Assembly (NCBI GenBank): GCA_023213395.1
Contig: CM041465.1
Span: 225,377,741 to 225,441,740, forward strand
From: Cycas panzhihuaensis
Taxonomy: Eukaryota > Plantae > Cycadophyta
DNA: 64,000 nt
Direction of reading: 5' to 3'
In this document: positions 1 to 14,070 of the stretch, piece by piece
How the letters are laid out: each line of letters begins with the position of its first letter
Numbering within the stretch: position 1 is the stretch's first letter
Position numbers and translations under genes: made by a program
Notes under the pieces: model-generated
What the model saw: only the letters and a program-made list of their open reading frames with translations
What the model was told of the DNA's origin: nothing
Database searches by the model: none

Positions 1-1377
1 ATGCAGCTAATCCATAAAAACCTCATCATAGGTCTTAATAGGTGTGCAAAATAACCAAATAATATAAATCAAATTACAAATATTATAAAAATTATTTTAA
101 GAAATAAAAAGGCTAAATTAATGTGTTGAATTCGAATACAAGCTAACATAACCCAAAATACCATTAGTTCTTGGGGAGATGCTATTAGGTTTTAGGTCTT
201 CATAAATATTGACTTAAAACCTTTCTAAAATTAATCAAAACTAGAAGAAAATTAACATGTGGAGCATCTAAGATATCCTCCACTTTTAATTGCATTTAGT
301 ATTCATTTATTATCTCTAATATTTATAAGAAATAAATAAAATGGCTCTAATAATATGTAAGTAAATATTACATGTATATATATATATATATGGAATGTTA
401 AAGAATAAGATATACAATGAAACACATATACATACATGGGATAAAATAAGATATAATAATAAATATATAAAAGGTAAAGCATATATCAATACATAAGATA
501 ATAAACTAGTGGGAAATATTCACCTCCAAATATTATATTATGAGACAATGTATACTTATAGATACATATACTTTACGAATGTCCAATCACCTTCAAAAAT
601 CTATATAGAGAGTTATGACAATATATATGAAGAAGTGATCTTTACATAACTCTTTGTAAGCTCACATATTTATGATTACATTGAAAGAGTTTATAAGAGG
701 GGTTTATCATTAATAATTAAATATTATTCCTAACATCTTTTTATAATATTTAATTATACATAAATATAATATTACATAAAAATTTTTATCTCTAGTTTTA
801 ATATAAGTAGTTGCTACCTTTAACTAAGAAGCTCATTCAGTATCCAATGATCCATGAGCCTTCTTCAATTTGTATCTAATTATTAACATCTATATAAAGT
901 GATAACCATATACTAGGTTGTATGGGTAGCTAACTATTGTAGCTGCTAGTCTTCTAAGAAGCACCTATGATATATGGTTTACTAGCTCACAATACCATTA
1001 ATAATGCATATCCTAAGAATAGGCCAAACTACATGGCTAGGTAAATATATTATTGAATTCAAAATAGATCTTAACCCTTTTGGTTAGTCATATTAACAAT
1101 ACTAACCTTTGGCCAACTATATTCCACTATAGTAGCTTCAACCTGAAATAATTTTAAGATAATAACTTTATAAAAAAAAAAAAATCATTTTAACTCTACT
1201 ATTCAACATCATAGGATATTGTCATATCAAAGCCACTAATAGATTCTTGTCTTATGTATTTAGAGCTTTTAAAACTAGTTTTAGGACTAGTAAAATTAAC
1301 TTCAAATATACCCTAAAAGAATATTTCTCTCTCTTTTTAAAGAGGTAAACTATTTAATAAACATATATAGAACCATT

Positions 1378-3343
1378 ATTTTTGATAGGGTAAAAAATTA
1401 GAAGGGGTTTTAATAAGTCCCCAAACCTTTTACATCAGTTGCCTTTCAGCTATGAAATAAAAATGGCCATGACATGCCCATGGCCTAGCACAATTAGACC
1501 CACTCTACATACACTCACTTAACATCCATTAACTCTCCTCGTTCTGGGCTAATACATCCAATCTAATCAGACTCAGGAGCTCCTCTGGAAAGTTCTCTTT
1601 CCAAACCCAGTTTCCTTTAATTAAAACTACCCAATTGGCAAGCCAGTTCGCTACAACATTTCCTTCTCTATACGTGTGTCAAATCTAAGTACTTTGCTTG
1701 GACCTCATGACATCCTCAGTGTCCCTCACTATATCTACATTATGCCAATCAGCCTTCATCTACCCCCTGAGGATCCTAATCACAATTAAAGAATCTCCTT
1801 CTATTATCACCTTATCGTGGTCATCCTCATCCACCATTACTATAGCTTTCTACATAGCCTTAAGTTTGGTTATATGATTTGTCTATTGGCTATAGTATTC
1901 TGCAAAGGGCCATCTTATTTTCCCATCATGGTATCTACATAAACTCCCCTCTACCTTATTAGGGTTGCCTTTAGATGCCCCATCAAAATTAATTTTCACC
2001 CAGTACTCGCTAAGCAAACTCCAGAGACACTTCCTCCTTTTCACTCATATACCTATCGGGCATATGATCCCCCAACCCTCTATGATGTTTCATTCCACCC
2101 TTAGAACCCCTTCCTCTTCCAAAGGTTTAATCATTTCTAAGGTTTCCCCTCAGATCATATCATAGAGCCTCTCCTCATCTAGATCTTTCCATTGGAAGAT
2201 CCTTCTATTATACTCCTTCCAAATATTTCAGACCCCAATAGGCATGATTAATTTCCATAGCATTCCCAACGTCTTACTCCTGAAGGGAGATTTCCACATC
2301 ATCCATTGCTCTAGCAGGGTCCTAGGAGCCACCTAGTTTAGCCCTAGATTGGTCCATAAACAGGCCTAAATTCCCCTAGAGAAGGGGCAATGAATGTTGA
2401 TATAGTCTAAAGACTCCTCGTCCTTCCTACACAACACATATCTAATCGACATGATAAAGCCCTGTCTATGAAGATTATTAATTATCATAATCTTATTTTG
2501 TAAATAGAGCCACCAGAAAATCTCCACTTTTGGGATAAGCCCCAACTTCTAGACCCCAACCAACAAAGCATTCTTACCCAAACCCTCCTCCATACAGGAA
2601 GATTTATATCCCTCCTTCATAGAGTACGACCCAGAGGGGGATAATGACCAGATCAAAGTATCTGCCATAGGCCTTTTAGGGATATACCAATGGTTCAATT
2701 CGCCATTGAGGAACTAAATATTTACCTCCCCCTCCTGGCCTTATAATTCCTCAAAAGATCTCCACTTCTTGTATTTTCAATATCCCTCCCAGTAATCCTT
2801 GACTAACAGGCCAAAAATTCCCTCACAAACACCCTGCAAGTTACCGATGGTTTAAAGTTTCCACACCATTTGTCCTCCCAAAATATGATGCTTTCCCCAT
2901 TCCTCAGCTTCCACCGCAGACCATTAATTAGAATGGGCCTCGAATAAAGGAGACCTTTCTAGGTGGGGGAACTAGAGACACCCCCCACCTCATCTTTCAG
3001 GAAGTGCCTTCCCCCTAGGTACTTTTTGGCTATAGTATTTCCCCATTAGGTGCCATTATCATTTGCTAGTCTTTAGACTATTTTAGCCATCAAATCACTA
3101 TTAAAGGGCCCGAGTCTTCTTATATTGAGCCCCCCCACCCACCTGGGCCTACATACCTTCTCCCAAGAAACCAGATGGATTCTATTCTTGTCCTTTATTC
3201 TAGAATAAAGGAATCTCTTATGGGTGCCTTCTAAGATTGAAATGACCTTACTTAGCATCCTAAAGATTAACATCATATAAACCAAAATACTCTATAATGA
3301 GGCCACCACCAACTGAATTTTACCCGTCACACTGAGGAGAGAT
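1378..3343 (-). mobile_element. 5'-truncated L1-type LINE with zf-RVT and RNase H, pseudogenised
   Basis: Minus-strand peptides IHLVSWEKVCRPRWVGGLNIR, WVKINFDGASKGNP and HTYREGNVVANWLA. The 3' end ttttaccctatcaaaaa matches the 3' end of the 30246-36015 LINE. 15-bp TSD atatatagaaccatt at 1363-1377 and 3344-3358. Confidence 0.93.
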
Positions 3344-4836
3344 ATATATAGAACCATTGTCATCTATACAAAGCAAAATAATATCAGCAAATCAATAGTT
3401 ACCTAAAATTTTTTTTAAAAACCATAAATGAACTTTTTTTCTATTCGATCCACTTTGAACATTAAAATAGATATGTATGATAAATTATTTTAAAAAGAGA
3501 AAAGCTAGCTTTTAAATAGCTTAAACAATTTTGAATTTGGACTTCGTATGTAAACATTATGCTAAAAAATATGATAATATATCATATAAAAATGAATTTG
3601 AGGTTGAAATTTAATAAACACCTTTTCTGATTAGGCTTTAGTGATATCAAATTCTATCATATGATCATCAACATATCACTTAGGGGCTTCATGGATTTGA
3701 AAACTTTATCAAATTTAATTAAATTTATTTTAAACTTATATATGTGTGTGTGTAATTTTTTTCAACTCAAATTATAAAGCTCATACCATCACCATTTCTT
3801 TTATGATTTTTTAATTTATGCAATGTGCAAAGGTAGTGATGGTAATGGTTTGATGATTCTTCTAGTCTCTTTAATCTCCATAGGTAATGGAGTCATCTCT
3901 ATATGTGACTGATTAGGTAGCAAACTTTTGCTTTGTTTTCCCTAGGTTCAATACAAATTAAGCTCTTTATGCTTCTAAGCACTTGGCTAGTATCCCCTAT
4001 AATGGTGCCTTCTAGCAGGTATGCTCTATATTGTCTAATGTCCCCTTTATGATTATAAGAATGTGTAGCTTAGTACAAAGAGTCTACTAAGGGGCAACCT
4101 AAATAGGCACCAGTAGGAGACTATCTTCTACCATAGAAAGCCCACATCTACAAAAGCTTCTTCCAAGGTATTATCATCCAAATCCTTAATTAGAAGTTAT
4201 TAATCCTTATATGTAAATGCCCAACAATTAAATAATTACCCTAATCATGAGAAAATAAACACTAATAGATACACCAATGCTATGAACACCTCATTATAAA
4301 AGCCTAAAATTGAATTGAGATTAGAGCTATCATATATCTTAAATTCTTTATATCTTAATAGACTTGTTGCTTTAAATACACACACACATATAGATTTATT
4401 TTAAGATATCTTCATGGGAAATGATACTAACAATCATCCATACACTATTGGCCATTAGTTGATCTTCACCATTTTTTAGATCAAGACTCATGTTAAAAAC
4501 TTGCATGTAATATCTTTGGTGCTCTATATAAGTAAAAAAGAGGCCAATAAATATTCAATGAATAATAAAATATTCTTTCCATATAGCCAAAAAATCTATA
4601 ACATTAATAATAAACTTAATTAATATTAGTCTTGGCTTTCAAATTCTTTAATTGCACTTGCTTTATAGCTTCTTAACATTTTCCACTTCAATGGTTAGTG
4701 TTCAAACCCTTATGGGTTTGACATGGTGAATCCTTTTTATCACAGTGACCTAGGGTTTGAATGATATATCCCAAAATTGATAGTGAATTCCCACTAGGAT
4801 GATCATAATTAACTTTTAAAAAGTTAGAACAATAAA

Positions 4837-7475
4837 TATTAGATAATGTTCAATCCATGTACTTGTTCTAGGTGGTATCCCTGTTACGTCTATTAAGGGG
4901 TCTTTATATATATACTTTTTTATGTTTTAGTCATTAGTCAACTATGTGGTTCCTAATATACGATTGGACACCCATATAGTGGCATGTACTATAAATATGT
5001 ATTATCTCATAATGTAAATTGAAGATGATTATTTCCCCCAAAGGGTTATATTATGTTTTGGTGCATGTTTTATTATTTTGTCATATATATAGTTATCATA
5101 GTATTGACATGTTTGTTATTACCTATTGATGATATTAAATCATGTAATCTTTTGGCATGGTTTTAGAGTCATGGTGTGATCCACATGAGGTTGTAAGATT
5201 ATGAGTATGCCAATATGTCTATGTTTATTTAGAACTTATTTTTGGTGTGCTTATTATGACTATTAAGGGGGATTATCTTATTGATGGTGTGTTGTTATAG
5301 ATTGGTAGGAATGTTGTTGAACTATATTTTTGTAGGGTACCTAAAGAGCATATTAATACACATGCTTAGATCATGTTCATGTAACTTCTAATAACATGGC
5401 GGTACATGTATTTGTAGATTATGTTAGGTCCTGATCCATTAAAAATTAAGCCAGAGCACAGATGTTATAATTTTTTGAATCCCATAGAGGTTTTTCATAT
5501 GGTTTTATTCATTTATTAGACTATTTTCTTTTCTATGTTAGTTAGGGATAAATATATACATGTAGGTTTTATTTGTTGTCCATGAATTGAGCTTCAAGTA
5601 CATGATTGGTCACCTTGTCAAAGTTATTTACCCCATGTTCTTATTAAAGGTCAGGTTCAAAGAGGAGTTTATGGTAAATACGTGCACCTATAAAATGCAC
5701 GTAAGATGCAAAAGCTATGTTTGGTTCTTATGTATGGTGATGTATCCATTCTATTAATGAAACAAAGAGTACTATAATTCTTGGTCTATTATAGGGTTTG
5801 CCACTATTTAATAGTTATGGAGAATATTTGAGGGTTTTTTAATGCATATAGGCTACTAGTAAGTGTGCATACTAAGCTTGTTGAGAGTTTAAAACCATTT
5901 TGGTGGATGAATGAAGTTTTGGGAGGCCAGTTTAAAGAATTAGGCCTATTTTCCCTTTATTTTTATGAGTTTTTCTCAGTTTTCTACTTGTTAGAGAGGC
6001 TCAACAATGTGTGTAATATAGATCCACTATTAAATCTACATCTCATGGTTTATTTTAGTAGGCTCTATTTTGGCTTTGAGTATCCTTTTCCCTTCATGGA
6101 TATTTTTCTTTATGAAAAGAGCTTGTTTTTAGCTAATTTTTAGTTGTATAGGGTTATATTAGTGTCTAGTATTTAGATGTAGTGTTAGTAAAGTGATTTA
6201 CAACCTTAGTTGCAAGAAATTTGATCATAGATCTTAGTTTATATTGGGTAACCTCCAAGAGAAACTATTATTTTGTTCTATGTTTTAATAATTATTTTTC
6301 ATGTTTTTCACATCAAGGGGGGATGTTAGTTTATTGGAGAGGCATATCTAGCCTTAGATCAAAGTTATAATGGCTAAATTCACTATTAGATTAATCAAAA
6401 ATGAAGTTTATATGTTATCAAGCCTCACACAGTTCAATGTGGGTTTAACATTGAAAATTCATTGATTTGATTTATTTTTAAGTTTAGAATATATATAATT
6501 AAATTAAATGATATTTAAAAGTGTTTTAAAGTCTATTAGGCCCCTTGCGGAAATTCATATGGTGACCTGATGTGACAGGGAGCCAATACAAAGGGGACCA
6601 AAACTATTTTTTTACCTTTTTCATATTTTTAAAGACTTATACTCATGAAAAGTGGAATATCTCCCTTATGTGATGTTAGAATTTAGTTTCATTTATTGAA
6701 TTTGAGAGTTGGTTTATATAGCTTCAAAATAGGTAGTCACATTATATGATTTAAATAATTTTCATGGCAAATTTTAATGCTTGAATTTCCAATGGTAGTT
6801 TGGTAGGGTGTTGAATTAAAAATGGAACCTATGCTTAGAGGAAGAGGTGTTTTGTCATTTTACTTAAATAACCATTTGTATATGCTTGTTTCACAGTTTA
6901 GTAGATGGGCCTAAGTATTTTTAACTTAATTTTCTCTTTAAGATATAAGAGGATGAGAAATAGGTAGAATGGGAGCATGTGAAAGTTGTTTTACAAGCAA
7001 ATATTAGTGAACCATATAAGCAAAAGTTATTCTAGAGGACTAGCATGTATAATAGGTAGTTACCCAGGTGCTTCGGTAGAGGTTTAACTTTCATATGGAC
7101 CGAACATCACATTTGAAGTAACTATGTGATAAATGGATTAAATATTGATGTACAAATATTGGATAATGTTCAATCCATGTGCTAGTTTTAAGTGGTTTCC
7201 CTCAAGTATATTAGTAGATTTTAGTGTACACACTTCTTCATGTTTTAGTCATTAGTTGACTATGTGGTTCTTGATGTGTGATTGGACACCCATATGATAA
7301 CATGTACTATAAATATATATAATCTTATAATATAAATTGTAGGTGCCCATTTCCCCCATAGGGTTGTATTTTTGTTTTTTATACATGTTTCATTATTTTG
7401 TCATGTATGTAGTTATCATAGTCTTGATGCATTTGTTATTATACATTAATAATACCAATCATGTAATTTTTAATA
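4837..7475 (+). mobile_element. Non-autonomous or internally deleted LTR element (LTRs 4837-5157 and 7157-7475)
   Basis: Aligned ~320-bp direct repeats with degenerate TG..CA ends. 5-bp TSD ATAAA at 4832-4836 and 7476-7480. Degenerate PBS tggttttagagtc at 5158-5170. No intact ORF. Confidence 0.8.
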
Positions 7476-8306
7476 ATAAACCTCTTCAACAAAAAAATTT
7501 AGACTCAACTTCATAACTTATGCAACTCATTATTTTAGCACCATATGAATATAAAATGAGTCTAATAAGTTATGAATTACAAAAGAACCATCTCACTATT
7601 TATTCATATGCAATATTGAATATACAACTATAACATGTGTTTGATTTATATGCAGCTTCTACTTACTCATAAATAATATTGCCTCAAACAATCACCCCAA
7701 ATTGAATTGTAGTCACTTGTCAATTATGCATTCATAAACAGGTTCCATAATACATAATATCCAATCACTTGTTTTAGTGCCGGGGGGGGAGGGGTGTGGG
7801 GGGAGGGGAAGCTCTAATTAATTTTCTAGGTTTCAAAATAATATGGCTCTGATAATCATTGAAAATATTTTATAGGATCATAACTAGAAGCTCTAATACC
7901 ATTGAAGAAGTGAGCTTTATATAACTCTTCATAGGCTCATATATTTATGATTACATTGAGCGAGTTTGTGAGAGGGATTTATCACTAATAACTAGATATT
8001 ATTCCTTATATTATTGAAATATACAAGATTAAATATCTTAGAGGGTGTAATTTAGTATAATTAATAAATTCTTGAATAAAGTAGACATAAACATAGATAC
8101 ATTCCTAACTTGGTATATCCTAACCTGGTAATGAACTAGCCTTAAAGGATATTGGCTTGAGGTTTAGTGTTATTTTTCTATCTCATTTCCAAGTTATGAG
8201 GACTTACACACACAATATAATAAGACTATTAATGCACAAGAAATATTTATCCCATTTGAAAAGAATTAGTTATGATGACTTGCTTATATAGAAATGTAAA
8301 TATTCC

Positions 8307-11300
8307 TTTTTTATTTTTGTTTTTTGGTTGAATATTATGGTTCATTAAATAGAAAGTATCACATATCATATAATAAAGAAATAGGAGAGAATGCCATCCT
8401 AACAATCCTATTAGATGATTTAAACATAAATGGGCCCTTGTTGTTCCATATGGATAAATATACAAAAGAGAATAGATACAAGAAATTCATATATCTAAAT
8501 GGCTATTGTGCTTTGATCCTTTCACCCTAGTAATTTGAGCAATACCTAGGCAATCATAACCATCGATTCCCTTGTTAGGAGGATCTTCATATAGCTTCCA
8601 CGCCTTATATTAAAGATTCTACATATTAATTAGTACTAATATCTTTGTAGTCTTACAATCTCCTCCCTTTACAAAACCGTAACTACGTTGCCCTTTAGAA
8701 ATAGAATGGCTTTATTACTATGTTGCCCAAGGAACTCCCTAATAGGTATGTACTAATATCTTTATTACTACTTTGCCCAAGGAACTCCCTGATACTACCT
8801 ATTTAATGATAAGTTTCAACCTTGAGATTTGCTTATATGCCTACCATGACTTGAAGGTTGTTATGACCTTATTTTCTGTAGAGGCACTTAACTTATCATA
8901 TAGGGGGAACAGCTCTAACAAGTGATCAACTCTAATAAGCATAATAGTTTGAGTTAGACACTTCATTCTAGGGTTCTAATCTACAATGAATAATATGTCA
9001 ATATCATAGAAACCATAACAAAGGAAAGGGACTAAACAAGAGTTTTTCTATTGAATAACATAACATTTATATGTTTCCAAATGAAATGTGGGGTCTCAAT
9101 GTATAATAAACCCTAGGATGAGGTAAAGGTTTGGGAGAACAATTGTTATCCCTTAGGATGGCAACACTTCACCCATTAGTTCTAAATATTATTAGTTTTA
9201 TTAATGCCCTAACCCAACCCCATGTTAACTTAATAAGGGGTCACCACTAGAAAAGAAGTAATAGGGTTTTAGGTCTACCACATAACATACATGTCATATT
9301 AGTGTGTCCTATCCTTACTAGTATAGACTTTGTACCAACCTATTAAACATTAGGGACCACACGAAAAAGGTGTTCTTAGGCTTTAGAGAGGCATTTTATA
9401 ATGTCTTGAATATTCTAGGCCACATTGGCTCTTTCTTGATAATGCCTCATATTTTGCTTATTCTATCAGAGATCTTGCTAGTCTAGGCCATTAGTATGTA
9501 CAAGTGAAATGCAATAAATTTGGTGAATGATTTATACATTTTCCATATCCAATCCTTCTACCACTTCTTATTTTAATTAGTGGCCAAGTTAATTATTTAG
9601 AAAGCTAAACAACATGCCTAAATCTCCTCAATCATGAACATGTTAGAGTTTTTAATCTTAAACTCCCATTTAATCATAAGTAGTTATTTTTGTTGTCCTT
9701 TATCTTTAATAAATAGTTGAGTAATCATTATAAGCCCATTCTTATTTAATTTATGAGCCTTTAATGATTAACATTATCCAAGATACTTACTATCTTTTAA
9801 TATCAAAGGTCATCACAAAATTAAATATTCTAAAAAATAAACGCCCTTTCTTTGCTCAACACCTCTCTATGCAAAAAAAATTGAGTATTCCCTAAGCTTT
9901 CTAAATTAATTTGAAAATATGAGAGCTAGTTATTTTGCTAAGGGTATGGGCAATAAGGGTTGTAAGGGGAATTAGCAAGAAACCACTATAACTTGTTGGC
10001 CTAACTTGGCTCAAATTACATCTAGTCAAGATCTTTTATGGTTTGTCTCTATGTTTAGATCTAACTAACCATTTAGCACACAAAGCATAGCCTTGATGCT
10101 TAATTCCTATCATACCTAATCCCCCCTTGTCCTTAAACCTATAATAGACTTTCTAATTGACTTTTATAAAGAATTTTTTTCATTCATAGGCAACCAAAGG
10201 AATGATCCTAAAAGCTTAGCTAACCCATCATAAGATGTCGTGTTTGAGGGAACCTAGCAAGACAAATTATAAATGTGAGTCATAACCAGCACCTTAAATC
10301 ATATCTAGTACCTTATAACTAATGAAAATAATCTACAAGAATACCTATGAGTTTCTTCTACACTTTGTTAATAAACTACTCCCACATGTCTATAATAGAC
10401 ACTTTGAATCCAAAAGAAGTGTAAAGGAATTTAAATATCTCACCTAGATTTATCCATATCCACTCATAGCTTTTGATTTAATTGGGAATCTCATAAATAT
10501 CTCACAACAAATAAGTGGTCTTCCCCCATTGAATCTTAGAAGTAAAATTTAGAAAGAAAACATCAACAACCTTAATCACCTTTGTGGCACTCCTTAGATT
10601 AGCTCTCACTATAAGATAGAGTCATCTGAAAAGTATTCTTTAGTTATTTATTTATCAAAGCCCCTAAGGTAGAGTAATGCCTTTAACCAACCATCATTGA
10701 GCTTTTTTTCTAGTATATATTCTAGAATGTTTATTGACAAAAGGAAAAGTTTACTTATAGATCTCTCAATTTTGATAGGGCTTGTGACTTTCCCATTGAG
10801 GGAGACACTAGTTGAGGCATCATCAAATAAAATTTGGTGTTTCCTCTTGAATCTTTCACCAAACCATAAAACTCTTAGCATGGAAAGGATAAAGTCATAT
10901 TTAACCCCATCATAGGCCTTTTCAAAGCTAAATTTCATGAAGAGCACATCTCAAGAAGAGATTTTAACACATTATATGCCTTCCCTAATAAAAGTAAGAT
11001 TATTAAGAATATACCAACCTTTTATGAATCTAGTTTACTTAGGTCTAATAATCTCTAAAATAAGAAATATAATTATTCTTGTAAGGGCTTCGACAAGAAT
11101 CTTAGAAGAGACATTGAGAAGGGTGGTTGGTCTCTAATTAGAGATCACCTTAGGTTCATCTTCTCTCATAATTAGCATTATATTACCTTGGTTGGTCTTA
11201 CGTCATAACATGCTCACTTTAAAGGCTTCTTAATAAACTTGGAGTAGCAATAGGCTAGTGTAATGCCATGCGGTTTTATAAAATTTACATTGAAAACATG

Positions 11301-14070
11301 AACTTTAGTAATTTTTCATTAGCCATCTCAAATAAGGAATAAATTAGTTCTTCTAGCTTAATAGGGGAGTCATAGTTGTCTTATTAAGTTGGTCTATATT
11401 TGAAACCAGCAATTTATAAGCATTCTTCTAAAGCAATATTTTCTTTTAAAGATAGTACTTGAGCTTGTAAAACTTTCTTATAATGGGCTTTGAATACCTT
11501 AATTATGTCTCCCTTGTTTAACATAATGCCATGAGGTGTTCTTATAGCATTAATACTCTCGAATACATGTTTATTTCTAATGGTTTGGGAAAGAACATCA
11601 AGTAATAGTCCCCATCTTATATCCAAGAGTCAAGACCTAATTTAGGTATCCTTGGCTCTTTATAACTCAACCACTTTGAGTTCTTATAAGAGGAAAGTTA
11701 CTCTCTTCTAAATCTCTTCATTAAATGAGCTATCTTTTAGTAAGACCCTAGCCTTATATAGTTTTCAAGAGCTTTCTATTTTATATATTTTCCTAAATGG
11801 AGCAACTTATCTACCATTCCCCTTTAAGAAAGAAGCTACCCTAATAACTACCTCTTCTTACTAGGTTATCCAACTATCTATAAGAGGCACTAAATTTTCT
11901 TCATTCCATTGAGATACACTATTGATAACTTGAAGAGGGACTTTGATCTTAGAATTTTTCTAGGTCACTAATAAATGACAAAGGAGATAAGATAAGGATT
12001 TAACATGATCATCTCACTCAACATCTTTATGGTGACTACCAATCTCTAAAAGAATCTAGAATTAATAATCATCAGAGATCATTATTTTATAGATCCTTCT
12101 AAGGATCCTATCATGTTTGGCCTATAAATTAGATTATATGAACTAATAATTATACCTTCATTCACTTTATTCATATTAAGATCATAAAGGTTTAACCTAT
12201 TTTTAAATCTTATCTATGCATGTCTCTCATAAGGATTCCAACCAAGAGGTCTTCCACCAACTTTATCTTCTTAGGATTCAATCATGTTAAAATTCACAAA
12301 GGGAAGCCATGAGGCCTTATGAAAATTATGACCAAGCTAATCCCATAGGGCTTTCCTCTCTATAAGAATGATTAGGATGTAAATATTGGAAAAACCAAGT
12401 AATTGGTTATCAACCCTAAGCACAAACTAAATACATCTATTATGGCGATTAGATCTAAATTAAATCATCTTATTACCAATTTAAGCTCTCCCTTTCCATT
12501 TTAGGGTGGGATGTAAACAACTATATACACTCTAGCCAAATATAATCCAAGGCAAACTTGAGTTTAGAGATAGATTATTTAATCCATTATGAGCATAAAA
12601 AATCAATTTAAGGGTACTTATATTGTATTTTCTTTATCATAACCCTTTTGAATAGGTTAATGATACCTTTTAAATTTTAACTAAGAGAATTTTATATGTT
12701 CCTCCTTAGTTTATATGCCCCTACCATTTTCATCAAATATAGAGGCTAATCTATCTGGTCTACTTACATCCTATTTAGGATACTTATATGTAGATTTAAA
12801 AATAATATTTAATTAATAGCTCTTCATGGGATTCCTCTAAATGAGCCTTATCCCTTTATAGCCTAGGTGGGTTAAATAGGGACATAGGCTTAGGGATGAC
12901 TAAAGAAGGATTATGGAATTTAGGGATAATAGTAATTGGATTCTCCTTCTCCTTACTCAAAGAACTAAATTCCTTTAGGGATGGAACTTACTTGGTCTAA
13001 ACTTTAGAAGGGAATTACTTGCCCCTAACATAAACTTGGTTTTAGTATTTCTAAGGATTTCATATTATAAAGTTTTATCCAATCATTCTCATGGCTAATA
13101 ACTAAATCCTGAGCCTCCTCTTTGGAAACAATAGGTTGTTTAGTCTTAGTCAAGAGTAATGGATAATCCGTTATCTTAGACTTGCTTGAATGACATTTAA
13201 AGATTTATCAAGAACATGTAAAAATAACAACCATTTATTTAAGAGTTGTATTCCCATATTAAATCTAAATGTTTAGGCACTACTTAAAATAAATTAACTA
13301 TGACACATGGTCAAATATTTGGTCTTATATATAATCCTCTAGGAGGCTCTAAGGAGATAAAATCCCTTAGGGGTTTGATAATCTCCTTTATAAATATCCA
13401 TTAGTAGAATGGCATACTAAGAATCTCTATCTATATTGGGCATTTAAAAGTATAAGCCTTATCTATGAAAAATATTAGGCTCCCACCTATTAAAAACTAC
13501 CAAGTTATGATGGCACATCCAAGTCCCCTATTTAAGCACGTACCCTAAGGCCTATAACGATTTTTAAAATAAAATAGTAAAATTCTTTATAAAATTTTCA
13601 TACTAAACTTACTTTATATTTGAAAATCTTTAGAGATTCCTTAACCCACTATCTAAGGGCTATCTCTAAAGGGAGATAATAATTAGACTATGTAATAAGA
13701 GCCTGAGAATATACTTCAAACATCACATCTACTATAGACTTACTTCATTATAAACCTTTAAAACATAACTATATGCTCTATTAGGAGTCATCACTGCCTC
13801 GCAAATGAAGGTCCTCAATAGTATTTTCTATATAATTTCTATAACATTATTAGATGGTTATAAATTATCCTCTAAAGAAGACATAATGGCTCCCTCATTA
13901 GGGAAAGATGAATAGAACTAATGATAATATCATCAATAAGCTCACCTCATATATGGATAAGGTAAACCTTATAGTCATCACTAGGTAATGATGATGGATG
14001 TTAATAGTGGAATTATCCTACTATACTCATCCCATTAATTCCCTGCAAGTATATCCTCCCTCTGACAACC
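8307..14070 (-). mobile_element. Near full-length, heavily decayed L1-type LINE (second family, no RNase H seen)
   Basis: T-rich tail at 8307-8325. RT peptide KFSFEKAYDGVKYDFI...FGERF in ORF 10648-10947. Endonuclease-like remnants at ~12000-12690, ORF1-like remnants at ~13150-13900, C-terminal FIWKHINVMLFN at ~9050-9090. The 5' end is approximate and no TSD was found. Confidence 0.8.
10648..10947 (-). pseudogene. LINE reverse transcriptase fragment
   Basis: KxxFEKAYDxVxxxF...GFGExF...SVSLNG, the non-LTR RT motif region. Confidence 0.85.

Larger units (their letters stand above)
628..8010 (-). mobile_element. Degenerate LTR retrotransposon with 108-bp LTRs (628-735, 7903-8010), hosting a LINE and another LTR element
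   Basis: Two co-linear 108-bp direct repeats (tgaagaagtg...attcctaaca / attccttata). PBS reverse complement gctctaatacca at 7890-7901. A pyrimidine run follows the left LTR. Only weak Copia gag-like remnants inside. The TSD is poor (atata/ttatt). Confidence 0.65.
356..8110 (-). mobile_element. Old LTR (356-627 plus 8011-8110) split by the 628-8010 insertion, with a degenerate PBS at 344-355
   Basis: gctctaataata at 344-355 resembles the reverse complement of the tRNA-iMet PBS (TGGTATCAGAGC). Reverse complement of ~500-590 resembles the middle of the 4837-5157 LTR (gattggaca...tctcataat...atttccc). Reverse complement of ~8060-8110 resembles that LTR's start. Confidence 0.5.

Noticed and set aside
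1965-2165. Short ORFs antisense to TE coding regions (also 10697-10915, 16156-16338, 31981-32208, 35225-35464, 38502-38696, 57653-57982)
   Set aside because: Shadow frames of recognisable retroelement domains on the opposite strand.
8710-8794. 35-bp direct duplication with 50-bp period
   Set aside because: Ordinary slippage duplication in a LINE 3' region.
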